From assembly GCA_000934665.2 (NCBI GenBank), contig JYFJ02000902.1:62001-101950 (forward strand): 39,950 nt of DNA, given 5' to 3'. Made by a program: the position numbers and the translations under genes. This stretch comes from Catajapyx aquilonaris. Its lineage: Eukaryota. Of this stretch, positions 21,556 to 33,424 are shown in pieces. Within the stretch, counting starts at the first letter, position 1. Every line of letters starts with the position of its first letter. The notes beneath the pieces are model-generated. The model did no database searches. It was given only the letters and a program-made list of their open reading frames with translations, and was not told the DNA's origin.

Positions 21556-23347
21556 ATGAAGAGCACAATCGCACTTGCCATCATCCTCTTTGGAGCCGGG
21601 TCATGTTCAGGTCACATTCAGAGAGGTCAGTCATTGTGTTTGATGCAAATTATTTTGGCCAACAAACAATTTTTTGTCACAAAATGACATATCTTTCAGA
21701 GACCATAGTGTCCAGGTGCATGCAGGTGCCCCGAGATGACCTCGAGGATTGCCTGGTGACCTTGATCAACGAGATTCAGCCCAGATTCGCTGAAGGTTTG
21801 CCAGAACTGGGACTGGAACCAATGGCCACCATGCCCCTCGGGATCTTCCGGATCTCTGAATACATCAATGAAAACAATTACTTGGAGGGAACCTTCTCCA
21901 AAACAGCGGTCAAAGGATTCCAGGACATGATCCTCACCAGTCTCAAGTCAGTCACACGTCCATGCGGGATCGCTGATTAATAATCTGAATATTATTGTGT
22001 GAATATTATGCAGAACTGTTTTTTTTTTAATTTGCCAAAATTTGGGATAAGGACATAAAGTCACGATGATTTGCGGATTGTGAATCTCACGGATATTATG
22101 ATTTTGCCCATTATTATTTTAAGGATTTTAAGCAGATGCGCGCAGGATTTACTTGCATTGATTGCTGTTGAGCCCGAAGATCGCGTAGTTGCGTCACTAG
22201 ATGCTGAAACCGGAATCCGCGACGCTTTCCCGCAATTGGTATTCCGCAAAAACTTTGCCAATTTCCGCATTTATACTGCTTATCAACTAGCCGAGAGTAA
22301 AAGTGGAGCTTGCTGTTTTTCTGGATAGGCCAATGTTATTACCGGGAAAGTCACACATCACATGACCGAAAGGATGCAACATCGATCCTCTCGTACGCTG
22401 CTGTATTGGAAACTGCAGCTTGTGAACTGGATGTATATAGCATATAATACGAAAGCGATTTTTAATAATTTTTAAATAATGATTGTTCCAGAGTGGATTA
22501 CGACAGACACGAGGCGAAGTTGACGGCCATGTTTCCTGAGCTGTTTGCATCCGGATTGTACACACTGAACGCCAGCTTCGCCATCCTGCCCATTGTTGGG
22601 GAAGGCTCCTTCTGGATGAGGCTAGGTCGGCTTGGATAATATATATAATCATCTGTGAGGGGTTCACGCGGTTGTCGTTGGGTCTCAGTTTAGGACTAAT
22701 ACACTAATAAGAGCTGGTCGCAAAATATGACGCCCATGTGAACTCAGTGCAATAGAACTGTCTATATATTATGATAGTAAAAAAAGTTTGACCATTTACA
22801 GAGAAGATTCTGGTGGACTTTGTGATGACGTTCGACTTTCCATTGTCGAATGATGGGAAACGTCACGTCCGGCCTGTGGACATGGTGCTGGACTTTGAAT
22901 ACGAAGACATTGTTATCAGACTCAACAATCTCGGAGACGGAAACCCTGTGCTCAGTTAGTGCACGCAGTCAATTATTTATACAACAATGAGGGGGGGGGT
23001 ACATAAAGTCCAGCATATTCCTGCAATAATAATATAGTTATGCATTGTATAGTATGTTACAAAACTTATTGTCGGATGTTACACTATTTACGAATTTATA
23101 CGTACAACATTTATTATTTCCTTTCGTACCTAACTATTGTTTGTTACATCTCGTCACTTCAGAAGCGGCCATGGAGGCAGTGGTTCAAGACAATGCTCGA
23201 GAACTGATGAACGTCGTGAAGCCCCAGATGATCCAGCAGCTGATCGAAGTCATCCGGGACAGGACGAACAAAGTCAGCGACACAATCACGCTGGAAGAAA
23301 TTGCTGGAAATGAGTTCGCGAAGAAGTCCTTCCAAATTGAAGAGTGA
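21556..23347 (+). CDS. Secreted Takeout/JHBP-like, paralog 2 (5 exons, about 262 aa)
   Basis: Exons 21556-21625, 21700-21946, 22492-22625, 22802-22954 and 23163-23347. Signal peptide MKSTIALAIILFGAGSCSG; SRC...DCL; GLPELGLEPM; LPIVGEGSFW; RLNNLGDGNPVL. Confidence 0.85.
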
Positions 23348-24999
23348 CAGTGACTCTCTTTGTTCCGACAAAGTTTCACACACACACAACCTTCAGTCTC
23401 TACGTAAGAGGAATGTGAGCCAATTAGTGATAATTTAAACACACTCTGACAGTTTCTGAACGATGTGACGTACACAGTATCGTGCCAGTGAAATTTTTCA
23501 CGTGTTTTCCAGAACTGACTTGTAGTGTGAGATATTGTGAGTCTTGTATACTGTTGCATGATTCAATCTCTAGGTAGCAATTGATACAACATTAAGACAC
23601 TTATCTGTAAAAGTTGAGGAACATGTAAACACCCCTATGAGACATTATACAGTGAAGGTCGTTAATAAACAATCATAAATCACAAAATTATATGGATTCA
23701 TTTTTTTCTCTCTAGAGAGGTCCAACAGTGCATTTGAGGGAGAAATTGTATATTGTTTTCTCCTATAATAGAGCAACAGAAATAATAATCATCACAAATT
23801 AATGTGACTATGATATTTAAAGAGTAATTCAAACTGATCATGAAGTACACATAGAATCCTCATTAAATCATAGAATGTTGACTTATGGAGACTGTATCTG
23901 ATGCATTGTTATTAATAAATCCTCTCTTCTTCTCATACTCACATTGCGCAAGAATGGTATTTAGAGCACTTTTTCCCTTGCTTGTGCGTGGTACAGGTTG
24001 TGCAAGAGCAATGTTTTAATGAAATTGCAATTACTTTTTACCCGAGGTTTACGCCGCACCTCTGAACATGAACATGGCACGAAATGCGCGTGATGCACAT
24101 TAAGTTATAAAATATTAAAATATGCGCTTGTATTTTTTTGCCCGCGTTTGAGCCGTAATACGATATTTTTTCCTCTAAGATTTCCCATGGAATATGTTTA
24201 CATCCGGGAAAAATTTCAGGCAGTATGAAGGTATGAAAAATATTAAGTCGTAAATTGAAAAATCGCATGGCGAGGCAGCCGGTATAGAGTCGGATGTATC
24301 TACTCAAATTATTATTATTGGAAAATATCTGATAACGCATTACGGGTTAATAATATTATATAAGTAATATGAGATTTTCTTTAATTTTCTTTCATGCAAC
24401 CAGGCAAAACTTGCATCAAAAGAAATAATTTATCACAATATTGAACTACTAATGTTCAGGGTAACTGATAAGCAATGCGTAAAGACATTTGTTAAAAATC
24501 GGTACCGTTTGTAATACGTAGAAGTAATTTATTAATTCATGATAAATATCATTCCTGTACATTATCTACGCAAATTAACTGCAATAACCTGTGGCAACGA
24601 TGAGATGTAACGATTCTTACGCAATTGTTGTAATAGTTAAAAATACAGAGTAATTCTCGCCTGTGTAGTGTTTCATATTCCTTGCGAATAACGAGAATAT
24701 ATTTTCCTCAGATTAACTGCACGTTTTGCCATCAAAAGCCACTTAATATAGCAGTTTTTGCGAGATTTCGCGAACTCTCCGCAGTAACTATTTCCCACAG
24801 AGCAATATCATGACTACAACTCTGCATGACCACCCTGACGTCAGCTTCACAACAACAACTCATCATTACACTATTTTTTTTGAACGTCCTAGACATACGT
24901 CCTATGCATTAAAAAAATAGTTCTTGTGTTGCAATAAGAAGAGGAAATAAAAAGAGTTTGCGCACATGAGAAATGTTTCTATTTCTTCTGGATAGCAAT

Positions 25000-27997
25000 A
25001 TGGAGAGATGGTGGCTCACAGTTCTTCTGTCGGTTCTATGTTCGGCTCAGGACCACTTAAGCAGAGGTGAGAAAGTGAGCGCTAAAACCAGTTTTAATGT
25101 TGTTTTTTTTCTAAAGATGCTGGTTTTCTGTGAAAATGTCCATTGCAGATGAGGTGATATCTAGATGTATGGATGTCACTAGGGCTGAGCTGGAGCCATG
25201 TCTAATTAATTTAATTAACGAGATGCAGCCTATGTTTGGAGAAGGTAGGAGTTGTATCGAATTATTTAGGAATTCACAATAATTGCATGTAACTTACGTC
25301 ATAATTATTATGCAAGAGGCGAAGTGTAACAATGACAGTAAAATGAAATCACATCTTTCTTTTTTTAACAAATTTTTTTTTCGACAGGTATACCCGCTTT
25401 TGGAATACCGAAAACCAACGCGATTCACTTGCACTCGTTCAACTTTACGGAAAAGACAAGTGACAACACTTTCGTGGACGGAACTTTCTATGACGTCACA
25501 GTGAAAGGATTCGATGATGTCATCGTCAAGGAACTCGAGTAAGTCATGCTAATTTTATTCTACATTACTTATTTTTTAAAACACTCAATATTATTAAGAG
25601 GTTGGGATTTTTAAAAAAAATATTGCACTGCATATAGGCAACCATATAGGACTTCAATGGAGATGTAGGCATATTCCTTCTCCCCCCAAAAATTCAATTT
25701 GTATGAAAAGTCTCTGTACATAAAGTACCAGAGCGAAAAAATCAAAACATATATCTATTGTAACTCGTTACGTAGTCATATCTGGATTTAATGCAGCATA
25801 TTTGGTATGTGTAACTAGATAGAATAATTTATACGGTATATTTGAATATTTTTGTCTCGGAGTGCGTCATCCAAAGAGATCCCGGGGGTCAATTAACCCA
25901 CATAATTATTGCTTATCGCATATAACTGGTGCGAACGGGATGAAAGTAATTAGCATTTCTGCATGGGAACCGGTATTCCCTTTAATGTCAATGTCGTCCA
26001 ATCACATCACTTTTTCTGTTCTCGAAACCCAATTGCTTCCCTTTCACTCCACATAACCACCCATATCTCACCCGAAAACCCCGATCAAAAGCATACTTTG
26101 CTAATCCACGCTAATCCATCATTTTTTTTTTGCCAGCACGTAACACACCTTACCGACGCAAACAGTCCCAATTAATAAAATATGTAATACATACGCATAG
26201 ATAAGCCTACTATCTGTACATTTTCTTGTAAAAGTGTTTCATAGAAGAAAAGTGTATTAATACAACTAAACAAATTACTACTTAAAAATAATGATAATGC
26301 AATTATTACAAGTGCACAACAACATTGCCTCGCATTTATATTTTTTTACACATACGCCACACAGTCTTATGCATATTCATAATGATGTTGTACACTGTTT
26401 CCCATTTGCATAATTTGTCAGATTTTTTTGCACTAGCACCATATTTTTTAGGAGATATCGAAAATATTGGCTTCTTGCATACGTATATACTATGGGCTGA
26501 ATCATGGGTCTAATTATTTGCATCAATCATGCAAACCATCACAGACCAATGCTGATCCTTTGCACATGCCAGCAGCTAATTATTATTTTTGGGTAGCTTC
26601 TATTAGGAGCTGCTTGACAACAAGCATATTAGTGAGGAAAATAATTTTTAGGATATGGATCGGTGCATTTTGGTGCAGCATAATTATCACAGTGCACCTG
26701 ATCATAATCTGGCAACCTTGCAACAAAAAAAAACAACCAGTATGTTGACCCTCCCCATCACCTCCTGGCCCCTCAACCATCAACCTCCATTATGATAAAC
26801 CGGTATATGCTGTTGTCTATTACGCAACATTAATGCAGGTCGTGATGTGGTCTCAGCCTGGCGCGTGTCCAGTCCTCATTACTCTCTCTCTCTCTCAGTC
26901 TTTCCCGGCCAACGATTGTCTTTTTTTCATGAATTTTTTCATTTGTTGTGTGTTTGTTCCTCTTTTTTTTCATATTTTCTTTCTAGGTTGGACTACGATA
27001 ATCACAAGGCCAAGACTTCACTGGAGTTCCCCGACCTGTTCGTGTCGGGAAGGTACATTCTGAACGCGAGTTTCGCCGTCGTGCCTCTGGTCGGAGAAGG
27101 AACCTTCTGGATGAAATTGGGTATACATAAGACTTACATTATGTACGCAGCAGAGTTATGTGGTTAAACATGGGAATAACGTCTCCATCACGGAATTCCT
27201 AGTCGTCACGACAATAACACGAGGCAAATGACAAGCAGCGAATCTATTGTCATAAATAAAGGCACCAGCAGGGTTGCGTGCCATACTCTCATGCAGATGC
27301 TTTTAAAAAATCGGAATAACCATGAGAACATAAACTTGTCGACATGACATAACTTGCAAAAAAATGTCATATATTTCTCGGGAATATTGCCAATCATAAA
27401 ACAGGCGATGTTTGCAAATTCCTAAACAAGATGGGCACTACAGCTTATGTAATATAGGTTTATGTCATGTGCATATATAGGAAAATGTCGCAATAAGTGA
27501 TGAATTTTGGTGACATATACATTTCCAGCATAATATGTAATTCGTTTTCGTTCATTATTGCAGCTAATATTTTAGCCAATGGAGCTACAGAGTTCGACTT
27601 TGTGGAGTTGGAAGACGGCGACTATCACTTCGTACCAATGCACATCGACTTCGACTTCGACTTTGAGGATGCTAACCTCAGGCTGAACAATCTGGCTCAA
27701 GGAAACGCTGTGCTCAGTTGAGTCACGGTCATATAGGACCTGATTTGTCACTTTGTCAACTTTCTAACTGATTTTGTATAAAAATGGTTGACGTAATCGT
27801 CTGCTTTCTCTGCAGAAAGCGCTGCTGAAGCGATAGTGAAGGACAATGCCCGCGACCTGATCGCCTTCATAAAGCCCCAGATGATCGAGCAGATAGGTGA
27901 CATAATCAAGACAATGAGCGACGACTTCGGAAGGAGCCTCAAGCTGGACGAGATGGCAGGAAACCAATACATTCGGAAGGCCTTCAACATCCCTTGA
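25000..27997 (+). CDS. Secreted Takeout/JHBP-like, paralog 3 (6 exons, about 260 aa)
   Basis: Exons 25000-25066, 25149-25244, 25388-25538, 26987-27120, 27564-27716 and 27816-27997. Signal peptide MERWWLTVLLSVLCSA; SRC...PCL; GIPAFGIP; VPLVGEGTFW; RLNNLAQGNAVL; AATAAA at 28016. An in-frame upstream ATG exists at 24973. Confidence 0.85.
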
Positions 27998-29303
27998 CCG
28001 TACATTCTATGTCAAAATAAAGTTTCGGACAGTATTATCCGTCCTCTATAAGTTTATATCATCACTCGAGCAAGGTTTCTTCCTTCTGGCTATCACCTTG
28101 CTCAAGTGCTGATTGACGTCTATAGAGCGAATAAGGGTGCTAATTGCCCAGAACTTTTTTTAAAATAAAAAAAACAGCAACAATGATGGCATGATGGAAA
28201 TAAGACAACCTGTTGATATACTCTTCAAATAACTCTTATTGTGTTCTGTGTCTCAATCACTGATTAAAGCATATCATACTATCTATACGTCAGAGACACA
28301 CCCTGCGACACTCCCATCGTCTCCGAATGTGCATTGTAAATGAGAAGCGCAAGGACGAATGAAGGGATGCATATACCTGTAAGGATATTATTTCATGCAC
28401 TGTTGCTTGAATGTCATCTTCTCCGCAACAATACTAACCTTTCAGGGTTGAATGCCTTTAGAAAATTAGATTGTGGATCTGTCATGATGGAAGGCCGGTT
28501 GAATCAACAACTTAAATGGGGGTAAAAGACCAGTTCTATGAGTGGAAATCAATGGATAATCGACAATTACGTGCAAGTATAAATAACTGACACTTAACAT
28601 TACAAAACAAAAGTTCCTTAATGGGCAGGTTGAGTATAGAGCCGTTATGTGTGTACATATGTTTCTGTATAGTTTGTTCTTAATTGACGTGAGCTTCTCT
28701 TAATAAGTACTGTCAGTACTGTTCAAGCATGATTTCAGATAATTTGAACCGGCGTTTTCCCTCCCCTATGTTTATAATATATGCGAAACCGGCACGTAAA
28801 TGAGCAATTAAGCTAGCATTAAGGTCGCAGCGTGTCGGCAGAGCACAAAACAATCACGTCTCATCCTCATCACGCAACGTTTATCAGGTACACTTGACTC
28901 CCGTGCGCGTGGCAAGCCCATTGTTATCTCTCACCAAGGATTTTTTTAAAATAATATAAATCCAAGGCGACAGACTCGTACTTCCGTGCACCGCCTTTTA
29001 AATAATTTCTTTACACGCAGAAATAATAAGTCACGACCTTTGAGAGACGCAAGTGGATTTGCTCTCTTACGTGTGTGCAGAGCGTCATACGCGAAGCATA
29101 CCTGACTGTATGTGTCTGGCTCCAAGGACACCACCCAGTTACCAACAATAATGGAATGGGAAGGAGGGGGAGGGGGATAGTAACGAACAAAAAAAAAAGA
29201 AGTAGGGTTTTAAGTAGCGTTGTCCTTGGTTGTACATGTATTAAAAAGTGTGCCGCATGGTCCGGGCCAGCTTAGTTCACTGTTTGTGATTGGCAGAATC
29301 AGG

Positions 29304-32046
29304 ATGTCTCCGATCAGGTCGCTATTTGCTCTAACCCTCTTCTTCGCCTCAACTTTGGCAGCAGGGCAGCTATCCAGAGGTGAGTCATTTTATTGTTAAC
29401 TTTGAATATGTAAAATACTGCAACAGAGATTTTCCCTCCAGAGTAGCAGAATATTTTCAGGCTTGAAATTAGAGTCACATTTTGGCGAATATTTGTTTAA
29501 TTTTGTTCTGGAATGGCACTTTTTGATCAACAAATAATATTCTGATAGTGAAATTAAAATCCTCCTGTCCTCCCCGGATTTTTTTAAATAAAAAATGTAA
29601 TCCTTATGGGCTAATGAAAGCTTCTAAATCAGTCGTCATTTCTCAAATTCTGCTCTTTTGATCTTTATTTGATGGCGAATGACCAGATACATTAGAATGG
29701 TTTTGGGATAACTTCGGTATAGACCTGAACCTGAAAATAGACTCTATGATCAGGTTCAATAATTTTTGTTAGGGACGGTAATCACTTGTAATCATCTGAA
29801 ACTGTGTTGACTCTGAGAAAGTGCACGTAAATGACTATTATGTGCTAAATTTTGACCTAAATGTGACCGTCCTCTATACATAGTTTAGGCATTCATTAAT
29901 ATCATTTCTTCTTAAACGTGCTTATGTTTTGCTGCATCAAGTGCCCGCCAATACAAATTAAGGAACAATCTCAGATTAGTTGAAGGATGATCTGCAACAA
30001 CGTTTGAAGTGCCAAAAAAAAAACTTTTCATGAGAGAGCTTTATTTTGTTCCATCGGCACATACAACCTTATTGCAGAACTACCCTAAAGCAGTAAAAGC
30101 AGTGAAACTCTAGTACCATTCTGCGCAAAATGGCCCGCTGAACTCAAAACACCAGGAAATTGAAAAACGAGGCACTTCCAACCTTATTGCAGATCATCCT
30201 TCAGTTGTAATATCAGAAATGCAAAATTGGCTAAATTCTCTCTTATATATTTGCGCTCATGCAATGGGGTCCTAATTGCTTTCTGTATAAGAACAAACAC
30301 ATTTTTTTTTACAAAAATTAGTAAACTAATTAACTTCCTCTCTTCCCCTTTTCCCCACATCCTACACCCCATTTTCCTCCCACCTTTCAGATGAGATCAT
30401 CTCGAGGTGTCTGAACGTCGCTCGACAGGACCTGGAACCATGTCTAATCAAGCTAATCAACGAGCTTCGGCCCCGTTTCGGTGAAGGTACGGAGCCACTT
30501 TTCACGTATCATACAATTAACCGTAAATTATAATGTTCTCTAATAGACATGTATGGAATTTGGGATCTGACGTCAGTGTTGTCTTTTATTGTAAGTTCGT
30601 TTGTTACCATTGCCGAAAGTCTTTATTGTATTTGCCACTGCCATACCAGGGAGCATATACTACATAAGAGGCGTCTGTCGGTGCCTTTGATGTTCGCGTC
30701 TCTCTGTTTGGGGCCGTTGCCAAGGCTGGCGGCCATTTAGAAGTGTGGGGAACGCCAACGAGGTATAAATAGGGTACAGGCAAAAATATGGTTCGCCATC
30801 TTTGATGGTTTTGGCGCCCATGGCAACTACATGGCCAAAACACGCGCGAATCAAAGATGGCGGACCCTATTTTTGCCTGTACCCTATTTATACCTCGTTG
30901 GCGTTCCCCACACTTCTAAATGGCCGCCAGCCTTGGCAACGGCCCCAAACAAAGAGACGCGGAAATCGAATGTTTGCGCTTCTTTTATATGTAGTATAAT
31001 TATGCTCCCTGGCCATACCTTATGTGATCAATTAGGATTACACACTCGAGAATAATTACACATTACTATTTTATGCTATTTTTTGGATTGAGAATTATGT
31101 ATAGGGACAAGAGGTCTTCGATGTAAAATTGATTCCAGGTCTTCCCGAGTTCGGAGTTCCAAGAACGGACCTTCTGGACGTTGGAATATTCAACTTCACG
31201 GACAAAGACGAGAACGACAACAATGCCTTCATCGATGGAAGCTTCTACGAAATCATAATCAAGGGCCTGGACGACATGACCCTCACCAAGCTAAAGTGAG
31301 TCTCGAAAAGAAATTATCTAATTATTAATAATGGTTAATGCTAAACCTTTACACATTTTGAATTCTGCATTTTTAGGTTTTCTATATACTGGTTGAAATA
31401 AATAAATTATTTTTGTCTTCTTACAGGCTGGACTACGACAAGCACCAAGCTGTGATAAGACTGGAGTTTCCGGACTTGTTCATTACCGGTCGGTACGTGC
31501 TGAACGCAAGCTTCGTTGTGATTCCATTGGTCGGAGAAGGAACATTCTGGATACGATTGGGCAAGTGCAGTCAAATATAAAAAATGGTTATGTACCAACT
31601 GGTTTATCCAAAAGAAACGGCGACGCTCTATTTCAATTGCAGGTAACGTGGTGGCTGACGCCATGGTGATCTTTGACTTCGTTTTGGAAGACGGCGACTA
31701 CAGGTTCACACCGAAGGAAATCGAGCACGACTTTGACTACGTCACTATAAGCATGCGACTCAACAACTTATTCTCAGGAAACGCTGTGCTCAGTAAGTGA
31801 CCTATGCAACACTTCTACAACAAATGGGTCCTATATTGTTGCCTAATTTCAGAGGAGGCAGCAGACGCAGTGGTCCAGCAAAACGCCCGTGAGCTGGTCA
31901 CATTGGTGAAGCCCCGTCTGTTAATGCAGATCGATCAGCTGATCAGGGATCGAAGCACTGAGTTCGGAAAGAGCCTGAAGCTGAGCGAGATGGCTGGACA
32001 CAAGTTCATCCGAAAGGCTTTCGGCATAGGAAATGTCAAACGGTAA
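29304..32046 (+). CDS. Secreted Takeout/JHBP-like, paralog 4 (6 exons, about 268 aa, one GC-AG intron)
   Basis: Exons 29304-29379, 30391-30486, 31139-31295, 31427-31560, 31643-31792 and 31853-32046. Signal peptide MSPIRSLFALTLFFASTLA; SRC...PCL; GLPEFGVP; IPLVGEGTFW; RLNNLFSGNAVL; AATAAA at 32312. Confidence 0.85.
29981..30203. mobile_element. Degenerate MITE-like element in paralog 4 intron 1
   Basis: Perfect 17-bp inverted repeat: TGAAGGATGATCTGCAA (29981-29997) and TTGCAGATCATCCTTCA (30187-30203). An internal partial copy lies at about 30066. Confidence 0.5.
30647..31011. mobile_element. 365-bp palindromic (foldback) MITE with a 7-bp target-site duplication, P-element-like termini
   Basis: TSD GCCATAC at 30640-30646 and 31012-31018. 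Termini CAGGGAGCATA...TATGCTCCCTG. Near-perfect internal arms of about 110 bp (about 30696-30807 versus 30850-30961). Confidence 0.85.
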
Positions 32047-32970
32047 AATATGACCAAGGGACTAATCACAGACACACGTATTGAGATACATCCAGAAAGA
32101 CTTGCCTGGGTAACAATAGCGAGCAGATGAACAGGCTGGTGAACTTGTGCTATATTAGTTATAAGTCCGCAATGCCGGCTGCCATGTCGTGCATGCAAGT
32201 TGTACTCTTATGTGAATATCTATTTCATGTGGTGTGGTATGGATTGAATGGTGGTGTGATACGTTTGAATATGTCCAGGACGCCACATGACGTTCGCAAA
32301 ATATTGTCGTCAATAAAACAACACGGATTCCCCCAAAGTCTTATTTACACTTGCAATTTATTTCAGTAAAAGGTCTTATTGCTATTCATGGCTCTATTGT
32401 GTCTATAACTGGAGCAGGATGAAGTAGAATTATTGTGACTCTCTATAATTTCAGTGACAAAAATCATTATGTGCGTGCCATTAGGTTGAGCAATAATTAC
32501 ATGCTGTACTGTTGGTAAAAAAATCTACGTGAGCAAGCAGTCCTAACCTTGAACGTCACTAAAGTGCAGTAAAAGTGGAATATATTAAAATAATTCCTGA
32601 ATTCTTTGATGTCGCTATAAAACAGTTTGATTTATGACACCTTTCACGACCTATTCGCCTAACATCAGTCACTGCTTAATAATATTATACTAAGCAGTCC
32701 ACTATAAGTGTAATATATTATAGGAAACAAATTTTTTTAAATATCAACATTTCAACCATAACAATAGACTGTGAGAGTATTCAGTGTTGCATTGTCAACA
32801 TTGCACAAATTAATATTTTTGAAGCAAGATTTGATCCGAGAGAACGAAAAGAGATTACGGTGCAGCAATGTACTGGTAACCTTTTAATGCTAATTTTGTT
32901 TAAACCTATAAGTTGTTGACATCATCCGATTCCAGTCGAGAATTCTGTCCAGTCTTTGACTCTTAACATA

Positions 32971-33388
32971 CAGGGTGTATCGGAATTCTACCGTAAGCCA
33001 TGTGCCAATGGCATAAGGGGCACCAGAGCATCATTATATGTAGAGGGGTCATCATGTCTAGGCAGCCTCATTACGGAGATAATTGCCTTCAAACACGTAG
33101 TACAAAGTATCCTGGGAGGTATGGAAACCTTCAGCCCCGACATCGCATCACTCGTGAAAATAGCAGCTTTTCCATTTAGCTACTTGCATGTCGCATGTGT
33201 ATTGCATGTCGCATGTGATCTGTGACAATCTGTGACAATCACTCTTAGGCCCAATTGCTAAATCGCAAATGATCAATTATCTCAGTAATGAGGCTGCCCA
33301 GACATAATGACTCCTCTACATTAATTGATCCCCTGGTGCCCATTACGCCATTGGCATATGGCCTACGGTAGAGTTTTGATACACCCTG
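32971..33388. mobile_element. 418-bp Tc1/mariner MITE with long imperfect inverted repeats
   Basis: TA|CAGGGTGTATC...GATACACCCTG|TA. Inverted arms extend about 115 bp (to GGAGATAATTG / CAATTATCTC). Confidence 0.85.
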
Positions 33389-33424
33389 TATAATTATACG
33401 TGTTGACGTCTTGATGCATAGCAA

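Noticed and set aside
22061..22328. 85-aa ORF inside paralog 2 intron 2
   Set aside because: It starts at a non-ATG codon, has no recognisable motif, and the host exons join in frame without it; probably a decayed repeat.
24037..24350. Possible piggyBac-type MITE (TTTACCCG...CGGGTTAA)
   Set aside because: The inverted match is only a few bases long and the left TTAA is absent, so support is insufficient.
30604..31055. Pairs of near-identical ORFs on opposite strands
   Set aside because: They are the automatic result of the palindromic MITE arms, not duplicated genes.
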